DNA of 64,000 nt from a virus. Below the pieces are notes generated by a model. That model had not been told where the DNA came from. It was given only the letters and a program-made list of their open reading frames with translations, and did not search any database. This document shows, in pieces, positions 1 through 8,371 of this stretch. Each line of letters begins with the position of its first letter. Within the stretch, counting starts at the first letter, position 1. The DNA lies in IMG/VR virus record IMGVR_UViG_3300035193_000067, positions 1 through 64,000 of that record. The stretch is one strand, 5' to 3'. Position numbers and translations under genes: made by a program.

Positions 1-419
1 ACCCCTCTGTCTCCGGCTGTGGCAACACCACTATCGCCTACAACAGCAGTTTGATAGTCCCCTACAGTTACCTCAACACAAGTTACTGTCGCAGAGTTGG
101 CACCTTTTCCAATAATGAAATTTGTAGCCTCTTTACGCCCACCGCAAAACTCTACATACCCTGCACGAAACTTCACAATATTTAAAGTGTTTAACTTCAC
201 CACAGGTCCCACAACCTTTACCACATACCAATTAGCCAAAGGTGATAAATCCATGTTTGCATAAAAGCCTTCACCCCAAAGATGCCCATGGAGACCGTTA
301 CCTGGTTTAAGAGAAGAATCCCAATCAAAAGCCTCTACGTACCCATCAGAAGGAATTTGGTACCTTTCGTTATACACGAAAGTTAGTATTACATACGTAC
401 CGGTCTTTTCAGTAGTCAT
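1..419 (-). CDS. Partial ORF (runs off left edge), paralog of 34955..35599, Gly/Ala-rich repeat phage protein
   Basis: Not in ORF track. Manual translation MTTEKTGTYV...GYVEAFDWD...GNGLHGHLWGEG...VKFRAGYVEFCGGRKEATNFIIGKGA; AGGAGG RBS upstream; aligns with 34955..35599. Confidence 0.85.
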   Translation of the reverse strand, partial: MTTEKTGTYVILTFVYNERYQIPSDGYVEAFDWDSSLKPGNGLHGHLWGEGFYANMDLSPLANWYVVKVVGPVVKLNTLNIVKFRAGYVEFCGGRKEATNFIIGKGANSATVTCVEVTVGDYQTAVVGDSGVATAGDRG

Positions 420-465
420 GGTAAAGCCTCCTTTTACTCTCGGCAGTTAATGCCTCACTGTCTCA

Positions 466-494
466 AACCTAACACCTGTCTGAGTACCTGTCAA
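466..494 (-). promoter_or_regulatory. sigma70-type early promoter
   Basis: TTGACA-17 nt-TAGGTT in the intergenic gap ahead of the ORF at 419. Confidence 0.7.
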
Positions 495-499
495 GAAAT

Positions 500-1069
500 T
501 TATGCAGCAAAATTAATTCTTCTTGAGTATTTTTCAAATGCCAACCCCGGAGTTTGGGCAGGAACTGAGTAATCTCTAACCCATTTCTCTTTATCGAACG
601 AAGGAAAAAAAGTATCGCCTTCAACAACTCTGTCTATTACTGTAAGATAAATTGTAGTTGCAACAGGAAGAGCTGCGGCATATACAGCGGATCCCCCTAT
701 TACAAAAGGAGTCATGTCTTGCAGGTATGCTGCGTTAAGAGCTGATTCAAAACTTGTGTGAATAATGCAACCTTTTGATGAATACCCTTTTTTCCTACTC
801 AAAACATAATTAATTCTACCAGGCAGCATACCACCAATCGATTCATGAGTAACCCTTCCCATAATAACAACATGACCGTATGTTATGCTTTTAAAATGGT
901 TCAAATCTTCAGGAAAACTCCATGGAAGGGAGTTATCAACTCCTATACAGTAATTACTACTCACTGCCGCGATAAGACAAAGTCCAGGGTCTTTTGCATA
1001 AGAAGCGCCACTATACTCAGATAAAACCTTTGGTAGTGACCCAAAACATTTTTTATTTTTATGCAGCAT
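500..1069 (-). CDS. folA: Dihydrofolate reductase
   Basis: LIAAV...IGVDNSLPW.FPEDLNHFK..T.GHVVIMGR.T.ESIG..LPGR.N.VLSR, IGGS..Y, GDTFFP motifs; start placed at the ATG overlapping the upstream gene end. Confidence 0.95.
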   Translation of the reverse strand: MLHKNKKCFGSLPKVLSEYSGASYAKDPGLCLIAAVSSNYCIGVDNSLPWSFPEDLNHFKSITYGHVVIMGRVTHESIGGMLPGRINYVLSRKKGYSSKGCIIHTSFESALNAAYLQDMTPFVIGGSAVYAAALPVATTIYLTVIDRVVEGDTFFPSFDKEKWVRDYSVPAQTPGLAFEKYSRRINFAA

Positions 1070-1562
1070 AATTAATTCTCCGGCAGATCTTTTCAAGATG
1101 CTCTTCTCTCTGAAGATTGTACACATAGACATTGTTGAAGGTAGCTATCGAAATAGCTGTACCGGTTCCTCCGGTCTCCCGAGATCTTTCATAGTGACTG
1201 ATACAGCCGTCAGGAGTCCAGCAGACTACAAACTTGGAAGGAGTCTTCAAATCCGGTCCAAGGATCTGTTTAACGTTTCTCCCATGCAACTTCCTGACAT
1301 ACGGATCCATACCTGACCATTTTGGATGAAATGTCTTGGCAATTCTCAGGCATTCTTCCGTGCAGTCAGCCACTGTAAAGATCTGCTTAGGTCCTGCCCC
1401 ACAACCTGTCTCAAAGGCTGTATCAGCTCCACGAGCTCCACCATATCTCAGACACCACCCCTGAGCTGCCAGAAAGGCTGCCACAGCCTGCATAACCTTC
1501 AGGATGTGCTGAGGTGTCTCCCTGGCACCGATTCCTGCATAATAACCAACCAGACCTTCCAC
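1059..1562 (-). CDS. SLOG/DprA-like nucleotide-binding protein
   Basis: YAGIGARETP, GGARGADTAFE, LHGRNV.QILG, VCWTPDG, GGTGTAI motifs. Confidence 0.8.
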   Translation of the reverse strand: MEGLVGYYAGIGARETPQHILKVMQAVAAFLAAQGWCLRYGGARGADTAFETGCGAGPKQIFTVADCTEECLRIAKTFHPKWSGMDPYVRKLHGRNVKQILGPDLKTPSKFVVCWTPDGCISHYERSRETGGTGTAISIATFNNVYVYNLQREEHLEKICRRINYAA

Positions 1563-1564
1563 AG

Positions 1565-1660
1565 CTATGCTCTGTTTATAAGATGGATTACTGCAATAAT
1601 CAAAACCATTACTATTACAGATCTGGCAGCGTCCGGAAGATTTACTAAATACTCAAACAT
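1565..1660 (-). CDS. 31-aa single-TM membrane peptide
   Basis: Not in track. MFEYLVNLPDAARSVIVMVLIIAVIHLINRA; GGAGG RBS; TAATG overlap with upstream ORF. Confidence 0.6.
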   Translation of the reverse strand: MFEYLVNLPDAARSVIVMVLIIAVIHLINRA

Positions 1661-1848
1661 TATTCCTCCTTACCTGTACTACTGCTCAACACTGTTTTTA
1701 CAGGTTCTGAACAGTTATCCTGTTTTACGAAGTCGATTTCTCCACTTATTACATCAAAATACAATGTAAAAAGATCTGTAAAAGCTATCAAAGGCATAGG
1801 TTCTTCTTTATGCGTACCTGGTATAATATACCCTTTTTCATACTTCAT
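1660..1848 (-). CDS. Hypothetical protein
   Basis: ORF with TAATG coupling to the upstream gene. Confidence 0.6.
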   Translation of the reverse strand: MKYEKGYIIPGTHKEEPMPLIAFTDLFTLYFDVISGEIDFVKQDNCSEPVKTVLSSSTGKEE

Positions 1849-2057
1849 TACCATGCCTCTTCCTCGAACCGAACAGTTCCACAGGAAGGACAAGCGTACA
1901 ACCACCCCTTGATACGATCATCGCTCTGAACACTTTGTGCAGACATCAACTTAATGAAGTCCTTTCCTCCTGGGTTTACTTCCTCGTATGTTTCGATGTA
2001 ATAATCATCACCTACCCAATCCCAACCTTTTTGATAACCACATGCTGTACATTTCAT
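1848..2057 (-). CDS. Small zinc-ribbon protein
   Basis: CTAC...CPSC; likely start MKCTACG. Confidence 0.7.
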   Translation of the reverse strand: MKCTACGYQKGWDWVGDDYYIETYEEVNPGGKDFIKLMSAQSVQSDDRIKGWLYACPSCGTVRFEEEAW

Positions 2058-2065
2058 AATTACAC

Positions 2066-2254
2066 TTACCCTTTCCCTACCCAATCTACCCAGACACTCA
2101 GTGAGATGAGCCGCGCCTGAGACTTGCCACACCTGTGACATACTCTCTTTTCACAAGGAGCTGAAACATCAGGAGTTAACTTCCAAGTAGACAGATGATG
2201 AGCCCAATCATGCAAACCTATTTTACAAAGAATTTTACATAACATCTTCATCAT
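2066..2254 (-). CDS. Small Cys/His protein (C..GLHDW...C.RCG type)
   Basis: LCKIGLHDW and CHRCG motifs. Confidence 0.65.
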   Translation of the reverse strand: MMKMLCKILCKIGLHDWAHHLSTWKLTPDVSAPCEKRVCHRCGKSQARLISLSVWVDWVGKG

Positions 2255-2700
2255 GGCTTCTTAACCATCTTTTCCATAGTGTCAATAAAATCAGAGAAAA
2301 CTTGTACAGATCTCCGCAATTCTTCCCAATCTACTCCAGAATCTGAAGAGGACCTTACTGGGAGTTTCTTTGGGCAATCAGTAAAACACCCTCTCCAGTT
2401 GGATTTTGCAAGAGTCTCATAAAGACTGCACAGATCTTCAAAACGGACTGCAGACATATCCTCTGGAGAAACAACCTCTAAAGAATTGTCTGAAAACAGC
2501 CACCAGTCCTCTTCCAAATGCTCTATGCCTGGGTAGTTAAACCCTACAATACTAACAACCCCATAGCACTCAACTATATCTTCATATACTGCACACGGAT
2601 CAAAAACCGCCAAAGGAAGAACCACACCAAACTTGTTCAGGCATACATCAGGAGCTCCATCAATATTACTGACTACTTTTACCAACGTTCCAATCTTCAT
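2251..2700 (-). CDS. Hypothetical protein, MKIGT family copy 3
   Basis: N-terminus MKIGTLVKVVSN...FGVV...WLF.D..LE.VS shared with the next two ORFs. Confidence 0.8.
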   Translation of the reverse strand: MKIGTLVKVVSNIDGAPDVCLNKFGVVLPLAVFDPCAVYEDIVECYGVVSIVGFNYPGIEHLEEDWWLFSDNSLEVVSPEDMSAVRFEDLCSLYETLAKSNWRGCFTDCPKKLPVRSSSDSGVDWEELRRSVQVFSDFIDTMEKMVKKP

Positions 2701-2702
2701 AA

Positions 2703-3236
2703 TTAAATCTCCTGAAGTTCCTTAAGTCTTTTTACAATTGCTTCAGCCTTTTCCTTCAATACAGAGGTACCGGAAAGGAGATCTTCGACCTGGATGAGAC
2801 GTTTATTGTACTCACCCATAACATTGTCAAATTCTTTCCACAGATCCTGAACAGATCCTTCAGGTGTGTAGTCTTTAGAGCAACCTTCCTTGGAAGAGAA
2901 AGACAGTTCTGCAGGAGCGCCTCGGAAGAGCGCTTTGTGCGCAGCTCTCAGCTTCTTGTAAGAACTGTTCATCCTGTCAAACAGATCCTTTGGCAGATCT
3001 TCTGAGCCTGATACAGGTTGCAGATCATCTTCACAGAAAAACCAAGGTTCACCTTGAAGATCTTCCGAAACATCTGAACCGTATGCAAATAAAACAGCAG
3101 AATCTTCTGCAGCAAAATCTTCTAAATCCCAACCCCACCAAATTTCTGCAGGCATAACAACACCGAACGCACCCAGAACCTCCTCAGATGCCAGTAAACT
3201 GTTTCCTGTCACTTTTACTATCGTTCCGATTTTCAT
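2703..3236 (-). CDS. Hypothetical protein, MKIGT family copy 2
   Basis: MKIGTIVKV...LQPVSGSEDLPKDLFDRMN. Confidence 0.8.
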   Translation of the reverse strand: MKIGTIVKVTGNSLLASEEVLGAFGVVMPAEIWWGWDLEDFAAEDSAVLFAYGSDVSEDLQGEPWFFCEDDLQPVSGSEDLPKDLFDRMNSSYKKLRAAHKALFRGAPAELSFSSKEGCSKDYTPEGSVQDLWKEFDNVMGEYNKRLIQVEDLLSGTSVLKEKAEAIVKRLKELQEI

Positions 3237-3246
3237 AGCACGCTCC

Positions 3247-3834
3247 TTAAGGCGTCAAAACATGCCAGGAATTTTCATGGATACACCATCGTATACATGC
3301 TTCAGCAACATCAAACACAGTATTAACCTCGTCTGAAGTCTCCACCCCACAGTATTTTGTAACATCGTGTTTTTTACCACCATGAGTAGAATCTGCATAA
3401 TTGGCAATTATTGCATACAATGTATCACGTGGTACTTTTTCCAAATTCACTTGATCAGACAAAGACGCATTCCCGGTAGTAGAAACCTCAGAAGAACCTT
3501 CCAAGGAAGGAAAGGACAACTCCTCCGGAGCACCTTGAAAAAGTCTTGTGTACCTCAATCTCAACCTTGTGTAGGATCCGTTCATCCTGTCAAACAGATA
3601 CTTTGGCAGATCTTCTGATCCTGAGACAGGCTGTAAGTCTTCTTCAGCAAAAATCCAAGGCATATAATGAAGATCTGAGGATACATCACTGTTGTAACAA
3701 AACAATACCGCAACATTACCCTCAGGAGACACCCACCACACCTCTTCAGGCATAACCACCCCATATGCTCCTACTGTGCATGCAGGTGCTGCCAGGCTGT
3801 TATCCACAACTTTTACTATCGTTCCAATTTTCAT
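3247..3834 (-). CDS. Hypothetical protein, MKIGT family copy 1
   Basis: MKIGTIVKV...LQPVSGSEDLPKYLFDRMN; AAGGAG RBS. Confidence 0.8.
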   Translation of the reverse strand: MKIGTIVKVVDNSLAAPACTVGAYGVVMPEEVWWVSPEGNVAVLFCYNSDVSSDLHYMPWIFAEEDLQPVSGSEDLPKYLFDRMNGSYTRLRLRYTRLFQGAPEELSFPSLEGSSEVSTTGNASLSDQVNLEKVPRDTLYAIIANYADSTHGGKKHDVTKYCGVETSDEVNTVFDVAEACIRWCIHENSWHVLTP

Positions 3835-3876
3835 AATAATCTCCTTTAAAATCGGGTTTAATTACCCTACACACTC

Positions 3877-3905
3877 AAGGTAATCCTGTTTCAGCAATCT
3901 GTCAA
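3877..3905 (-). promoter_or_regulatory. sigma70-type early promoter
   Basis: TTGACA-17 nt-TACCTT with a T-rich upstream element; shares TTCTTGACAG...ACAGG context with the promoter at 466-494. Confidence 0.7.
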
Positions 3906-3940
3906 GAAAAATAAAGGAAGGTTTTGATGCTTTTTAAAAA

Positions 3941-4150
3941 TTACTCAAGAGAATCCAGAAAATCCTTCACTTTCTTGATAATGCGATCTGTCGAATCTTT
4001 TGTAGACCATTCGATCTCCAACCAGTCTGCCAACATTTTCCAGTAAACTCTTCCCATTTGTTCTTCCATCTTTGCCTCTTTCCAGGTCTTTTTGACCCTT
4101 TTTAAACTCTCTTCAGTAAAAAACACTGAAGAATTATCCCAATCCTGCAT
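3941..4150 (-). CDS. Hypothetical protein
   Basis: ORF in operon, RBS. Confidence 0.65.
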   Translation of the reverse strand: MQDWDNSSVFFTEESLKRVKKTWKEAKMEEQMGRVYWKMLADWLEIEWSTKDSTDRIIKKVKDFLDSLE

Positions 4151-4154
4151 AAGA

Positions 4155-4457
4155 CTACCTTTCCTGGATAGCCTTGGACAGGTAGTTTTGAAGATTGATC
4201 AGCTGATCCCACAGATCCTCTGTAAGCCACCTTTTTTCATCTTCGTCGTGAGAGTCACAACCTTCGAGATGTCTCCAGGTATTTAGAAGGTCTGTTACAT
4301 TGTCATTAGCTGCTATCAGAATATCAAGCAGATCTGTCTCAGGACCTTTTTCAGGAACGGCCGCAGTTTTCTCCCGATTGCAGCCACATTTACGTAACCC
4401 GTCATAATCCTCAAGCCGGTACTCTCCACAATCAAGACAATAATAATTCTTTTCCAT
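4155..4457 (-). CDS. Hypothetical protein, N-terminal Cys cluster
   Basis: CLDC...CGC; coupled ORF. Confidence 0.65.
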   Translation of the reverse strand: MEKNYYCLDCGEYRLEDYDGLRKCGCNREKTAAVPEKGPETDLLDILIAANDNVTDLLNTWRHLEGCDSHDEDEKRWLTEDLWDQLINLQNYLSKAIQER

Positions 4458-4813
4458 TATACATCCCCTTCATATGCTAAAAGAGAATCCAACTTAAAGA
4501 ACCGAGTACGATCACCTGAATACATCGTAAGAACCAAAACCCCTTCTTTATCCTTCCACACCGAAGCGATTCCGCTATCACCCGGTTTACCCCAATCCTC
4601 CACAATCTTACCAAGACCCTCCTTATTAGGCTCATCTTGCTTTCCGTACAGAACCTTAGCCGCCTCATGAACATTGCATATACACCTGCTTACAGTTTTT
4701 TCGCAGAAGTTAAACATTGGACATTTTAAACAGATTTCTGGCTTTACTTTTATAGAACACTCAATAACTACCGCAGCTTCATCTTTAGTCATTATCTTCT
4801 CCTTATAAATCAA
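4457..4813 (-). CDS. Hypothetical Cys-rich protein
   Basis: C..CP...C motif; coupled ORF. Confidence 0.6.
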   Translation of the reverse strand: MIYKEKIMTKDEAAVVIECSIKVKPEICLKCPMFNFCEKTVSRCICNVHEAAKVLYGKQDEPNKEGLGKIVEDWGKPGDSGIASVWKDKEGVLVLTMYSGDRTRFFKLDSLLAYEGDV

Positions 4814-5378
4814 TTAACCAACGTCCCCATTGATCCGCCATAGCCTGTGCGATTCCGGGAAAGGTTTTTGATCTAAGTTTCGCACGATCTGCTGAAGGCG
4901 GCAGTTTCCATATTCTCTGCTCACGCCCTTCAACAATATCTGTAGGTTTCAGTTTAGGAAACCCATTCAACCATAGACAGGTTGCTTTGGTCTCTCCATG
5001 ACCAAACTGCCAGGGCTGTATGATCTGATCAGGCTTCCTGAAATTTGTCGACATTATCCCGACAGGGTTCTCGATAGCCCATGGATTGGTCAGTTTGGTA
5101 AACTGCAGGAAGAACTCAATTGATTTTTGCTGCCTGCCATCTTCCTGCTTCTGTTTAAACCAGCGAGCACCTGAAACTGCCAAATCTGTACAGGGAGGAA
5201 ATGCTATGACAGCATCCCAGGAGTCCTTCAGTACCTCTGTAACATCTTCCTGAATGTGCCACTCAGGATGTCCTCCAGAGCACTCAAGCAGGTCGCAGGA
5301 GTATGCTTCAAAGCTGTTCATACGAAATGCTGCAGTAACTGCCTGAGACTCTTCACAGGCTATTAGAATCTTTTTCAT
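4803..5378 (-). CDS. Short phage-type DNA cytosine-5 methyltransferase
   Basis: ILIACEES (motif I-like), AFPPCTDLA (catalytic PC), IENPVG (motif VI), RSKTFPGIAQAMADQWG. Confidence 0.8.
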   Translation of the reverse strand: MKKILIACEESQAVTAAFRMNSFEAYSCDLLECSGGHPEWHIQEDVTEVLKDSWDAVIAFPPCTDLAVSGARWFKQKQEDGRQQKSIEFFLQFTKLTNPWAIENPVGIMSTNFRKPDQIIQPWQFGHGETKATCLWLNGFPKLKPTDIVEGREQRIWKLPPSADRAKLRSKTFPGIAQAMADQWGRWLIDL

Positions 5379-5904
5379 CAGAGACCTCCTTAATTCTCCA
5401 GTAAAGCCTCATTCGCTTATCCACGATCCTGAAAAGCTTCCTTGAGTAGTAAACATCGCAGGTATACCCTGTAGCATAATGAGTAAGCCCTCCGGCAAGA
5501 CCTGCCTGACACTTGTCTATTGAATGTCTTAACCAGTGAGCTCCACAGATTACCTGATCCTTTGGAGACTTTACATCGATACGCCTTCCTTCAAGTCTCC
5601 TGCAGTATGTCACAGCACTTCCATGGATCTGCATAAGCCCAAAAGACTCACAACCATCACTACTTATCACGTTAGGTCTGAAAGCGCTCTCATGCCTGAT
5701 TATAGCTGTTACAAACTCCCAGGGTACCCCAGCCTTCAAAGAGCCATTAACGATAGTGTGAGCCATTCTCATGCGTTTCTCAGGGTATTTGACCATAGGA
5801 TGGTTTGAGTAATCTCCTACAGACATCAAAATAGCCGTATCAGCATGATCATAAGCCACTGCCACAGGTCTGAAAATCATGTATAATGCAAACAGAAATG
5901 TCAA
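5353..5904 (-). CDS. Lytic transglycosylase (SLT domain) with hydrophobic N-terminus
   Basis: AIIRHESAF.P...S...FGLMQI, GA.WL, GL.HY motifs. Confidence 0.85.
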   Translation of the reverse strand: MTFLFALYMIFRPVAVAYDHADTAILMSVGDYSNHPMVKYPEKRMRMAHTIVNGSLKAGVPWEFVTAIIRHESAFRPNVISSDGCESFGLMQIHGSAVTYCRRLEGRRIDVKSPKDQVICGAHWLRHSIDKCQAGLAGGLTHYATGYTCDVYYSRKLFRIVDKRMRLYWRIKEVSDEKDSNSL

Positions 5905-6004
5905 GCATTCACCTTGTAAAAATCTTCAAAGCAGTCAATACACTTGTTAATCATGTGTTTATATTTGTCTTCCACAATAACTCCGTAAATAGCGTATGAT
6001 TTTG

Positions 6005-6304
6005 CTACGCTTTTTGCTTTTTGAGGGTTTTCAAAACCTCACGTGTTTGCTTTTTAATGGATCTGAGGTCCTCCAGATCATCCTTAGCCAGATTAATCTT
6101 CAAATCAACCAATGTCAACAGCTTTTTCAGAGCATCCGAATATTTAGGAAGCACTGACTCCGCATCTATCAGAAAAGAATCTCCATCAGTATCTCTTACC
6201 CACAACTGAAAATCTTCCTCGTATATTACTTCAAGGGTTAAAACTCGGACATCATCAACGTAATCCCCAGTTACTGTATAAACTTCCTGACCTTTTGTGT
6301 ACAT
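6005..6304 (-). CDS. Hypothetical protein
   Basis: AGGAGG RBS, ORF. Confidence 0.7.
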   Translation of the reverse strand: MYTKGQEVYTVTGDYVDDVRVLTLEVIYEEDFQLWVRDTDGDSFLIDAESVLPKYSDALKKLLTLVDLKINLAKDDLEDLRSIKKQTREVLKTLKKQKA

Positions 6305-6321
6305 AATACCTCCTGGTTAAA

Positions 6322-6507
6322 CTATTTAATAATTATTGAAACATTTTTAGAAATATTTTCAAATACTTCAAGTTTCTGAAGAAAGTTAGGAATGTCATCA
6401 TTTTCGAAAGAAATATCATGAATTTCTATTAAATTAGAATTATTTAATTTAAGTTCTTTTAAGAAATCATTTCTTCTCTTGTCGAATTCTGTTTCTTCCT
6501 GTTTCAT
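6322..6507 (-). CDS. Hypothetical protein (very AT-rich)
   Basis: ATGA coupling; low GC. Confidence 0.55.
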   Translation of the reverse strand: MKQEETEFDKRRNDFLKELKLNNSNLIEIHDISFENDDIPNFLQKLEVFENISKNVSIIIK

Positions 6508-6701
6508 CTTTCCTCCGCTAAAGCTTGCCAGTAAGATACTGCTTTTCTCAGAGCAGCGTTTTCTTCAAGCAGAAAAAGAATATCTGAATGTGTATATTTA
6601 CTTATACTAGATTTAAAAGAATCTGCATAACCTGCTGCAATATCAATTTGCCTTGTAGCATCAGCTGCCTCACGCGCTTCTTTTATTGAAAAATCACTCA
6701 T
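6504..6701 (-). CDS. Hypothetical protein
   Basis: Likely start MSDFSIK overlapping the upstream stop. Confidence 0.55.
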   Translation of the reverse strand: MSDFSIKEAREAADATRQIDIAAGYADSFKSSISKYTHSDILFLLEENAALRKAVSYWQALAEER

Positions 6702-7266
6702 AGCCGCCACTCCATAAAGACAACTCTTGCTCAAGGTTCGAGTTCTTCTCTTCCAGGTTTGAGACATCCTGCTCAAGCTCTTTAAGCTTCTCCTTGTACT
6801 CCCCTACAGCCTCTTCAACAGCCTCTCTCACCACCTTGTCATCTATTGCACCATGCTCCGTAAGTATCGTGGAAGCCTTGTAATTCGGATAACTCAACAG
6901 TCCGTCAGTAAGATCATACGTGAGAGTCATCATCTCCTGAATCATGTTGTAATAATCACACAGTTCTTTTTTGACCTGTTCAAGATCCAGTACGCCATCA
7001 GTCTCAACCAGGTGTTTCCAGAACTCGTCATACACCTGCTGATAATTGTTTTCATCAAGCTCCACAGTACTCTGTTCCTTCCTGAAAGTTATTGCATCAA
7101 TTGTGGAAGGCTTAGGGGTCTCCACAGTCTCTTCCTCATACTTCAAAACAGCCTCAACCAGGTCTTTGCGTTCAGTCTTTACGCTTGCAACAGTTTCTTC
7201 CATTGACCAGATCTCGTCAAGTCTTTTCAGTGCCTGTTGATATTCTTCTTCATTTGTTATTTTCAT
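6694..7266 (-). CDS. HigA antitoxin N-terminal-like domain fused to acidic/coiled-coil region (no HTH)
   Basis: ITNEEEYQQALKRLDEIW...LVEAVLKYEEE...PSTIDAITFRKEQ resembles HigA I.TE..Y..AL..I..LW...L..L.E.YE...P.PIEAI.FRMEQ. Confidence 0.6.
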   Translation of the reverse strand: MKITNEEEYQQALKRLDEIWSMEETVASVKTERKDLVEAVLKYEEETVETPKPSTIDAITFRKEQSTVELDENNYQQVYDEFWKHLVETDGVLDLEQVKKELCDYYNMIQEMMTLTYDLTDGLLSYPNYKASTILTEHGAIDDKVVREAVEEAVGEYKEKLKELEQDVSNLEEKNSNLEQELSLWSGGYE

Positions 7267-7432
7267 TTAGTTCTCCTTTTCTGCTGATAACGTATTGCAG
7301 CATTTCTTCTGATAAGATATACGCCTCATCATTGGTAGATTTTAATTTTTCGTCCTGTTCTCTGATAGAGATCAATAATGATTGCAATACTTTAGATGCC
7401 TGTTGGTATTCTTCTTCATTGGTTATTTTCAT
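7250..7432 (-). CDS. KITNEEEY family mini-protein
   Basis: MKITNEEEYQQA start shared with neighbours. Confidence 0.7.
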   Translation of the reverse strand: MKITNEEEYQQASKVLQSLLISIREQDEKLKSTNDEAYILSEEMLQYVISRKGELNENNK

Positions 7433-7598
7433 TTAGTTCTCCTTGTTCATAATTATACATAGCTTCACGTATTCTACCTCTACGGTATGTATGAGTCCAG
7501 TTCTCCCATCCATACTTCGCTTGCTTCGAGATATATCTATCAAGATCATTCAGCTCCATCACTGCACCCTGGTATTCTTCTTCATTGGCTATTTTCAT
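7416..7598 (-). CDS. KITNEEEY family mini-protein
   Basis: MKIANEEEYQGA...YE; AAGGA RBS. Confidence 0.7.
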   Translation of the reverse strand: MKIANEEEYQGAVMELNDLDRYISKQAKYGWENWTHTYRRGRIREAMYNYEQGELNENNQ

Positions 7599-7611
7599 AG
7601 TTTTTCCTTGT

Positions 7612-7863
7612 TCATACTTTTTCATACGTTATGTTAAACACATCTCCTTCGCATTTCTCAAACTCCCCAATAGACTTCCTTATAATATAATCCCCTTTTG
7701 TAAATAATACAAAACCGTCTAAAGTTTCTACATAAAATGAGTTTGAGCCCATCTCCCCAGGCTTCCATTTAATATTTCGCAGTTTCATAATCTCATCCCA
7801 GGAGGTTTTAGAAGCCTCCCAACGAACAGCCTCCGAGTACCCTTCTTCATTTGCTATTTTCAT
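7612..7863 (-). CDS. KIANEEGY leader fused to TLEG/GDYII phage domain
   Basis: ETLDG....KGDYII....GEF..C..DVF..TYEKV matches 34687..34962. Confidence 0.7.
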   Translation of the reverse strand: MKIANEEGYSEAVRWEASKTSWDEIMKLRNIKWKPGEMGSNSFYVETLDGFVLFTKGDYIIRKSIGEFEKCEGDVFNITYEKV

Positions 7864-7876
7864 AATTTTTCCTTTT

Positions 7877-8188
7877 TCAATAACGCTCACTGTAACGTAA
7901 TTTAAGCTCATTAAATGCTTCAACAGGGGAATTGTTTAACGAAAGTACACTCGGGTCTTCAAAAGACAGTATCTTCTCACCTTCCTCAGGAGTCAGCAGG
8001 AAACAACATTTGAAATAGCTTCTCTGAGGATTCTGCATAACAAATACATTATCCTTCTCTTTTCCGGTATTATGATAATTGACACAGTAATCCAGGAATC
8101 CAATCTGCCACTGATCGTGAGGGTCTCTGTCAGAATACTTACAGCAAAGAACATAATCTCCATGCGCTGCTGAATACACCCTTCTCAT
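7877..8188 (-). CDS. Hypothetical phage protein
   Basis: GDYVLCCKYSD.DP.D.W.IGF; GGAGG RBS. Confidence 0.7.
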   Translation of the reverse strand: MRRVYSAAHGDYVLCCKYSDRDPHDQWQIGFLDYCVNYHNTGKEKDNVFVMQNPQRSYFKCCFLLTPEEGEKILSFEDPSVLSLNNSPVEAFNELKLRYSERY

Positions 8189-8356
8189 CTACTCCTCCAA
8201 ATCCTCCGGCAGATCTGTTTCAGTCAGCTGTTCCTCGTTCTCATCATTTTGTATCAGCGCTTTTGACAAGAGGTCTTCAGCTATTAGTGAGAAACCTCTG
8301 TATATATTTACCATACCCATAACCTTACTATAGCTTGTCCTTTTTCTAACCCGCAT
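8189..8356 (-). CDS. 55-aa hypothetical protein ending DLPEDLEE
   Basis: Not in track. MRVRKRTSYSKVMGMVN...TDLPEDLEE; GGAGGAG RBS; abuts the next ATG. Confidence 0.65.
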   Translation of the reverse strand: MRVRKRTSYSKVMGMVNIYRGFSLIAEDLLSKALIQNDENEEQLTETDLPEDLEE

Positions 8357-8371
8357 TTACTCCTCCAAATA

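Noticed and set aside
5876-5904. TTGACA at the SLT gene start as a promoter
   Set aside because: The -10 match is poor (CATGAT) and the hexamer coincides with the TTG ACA start codons.
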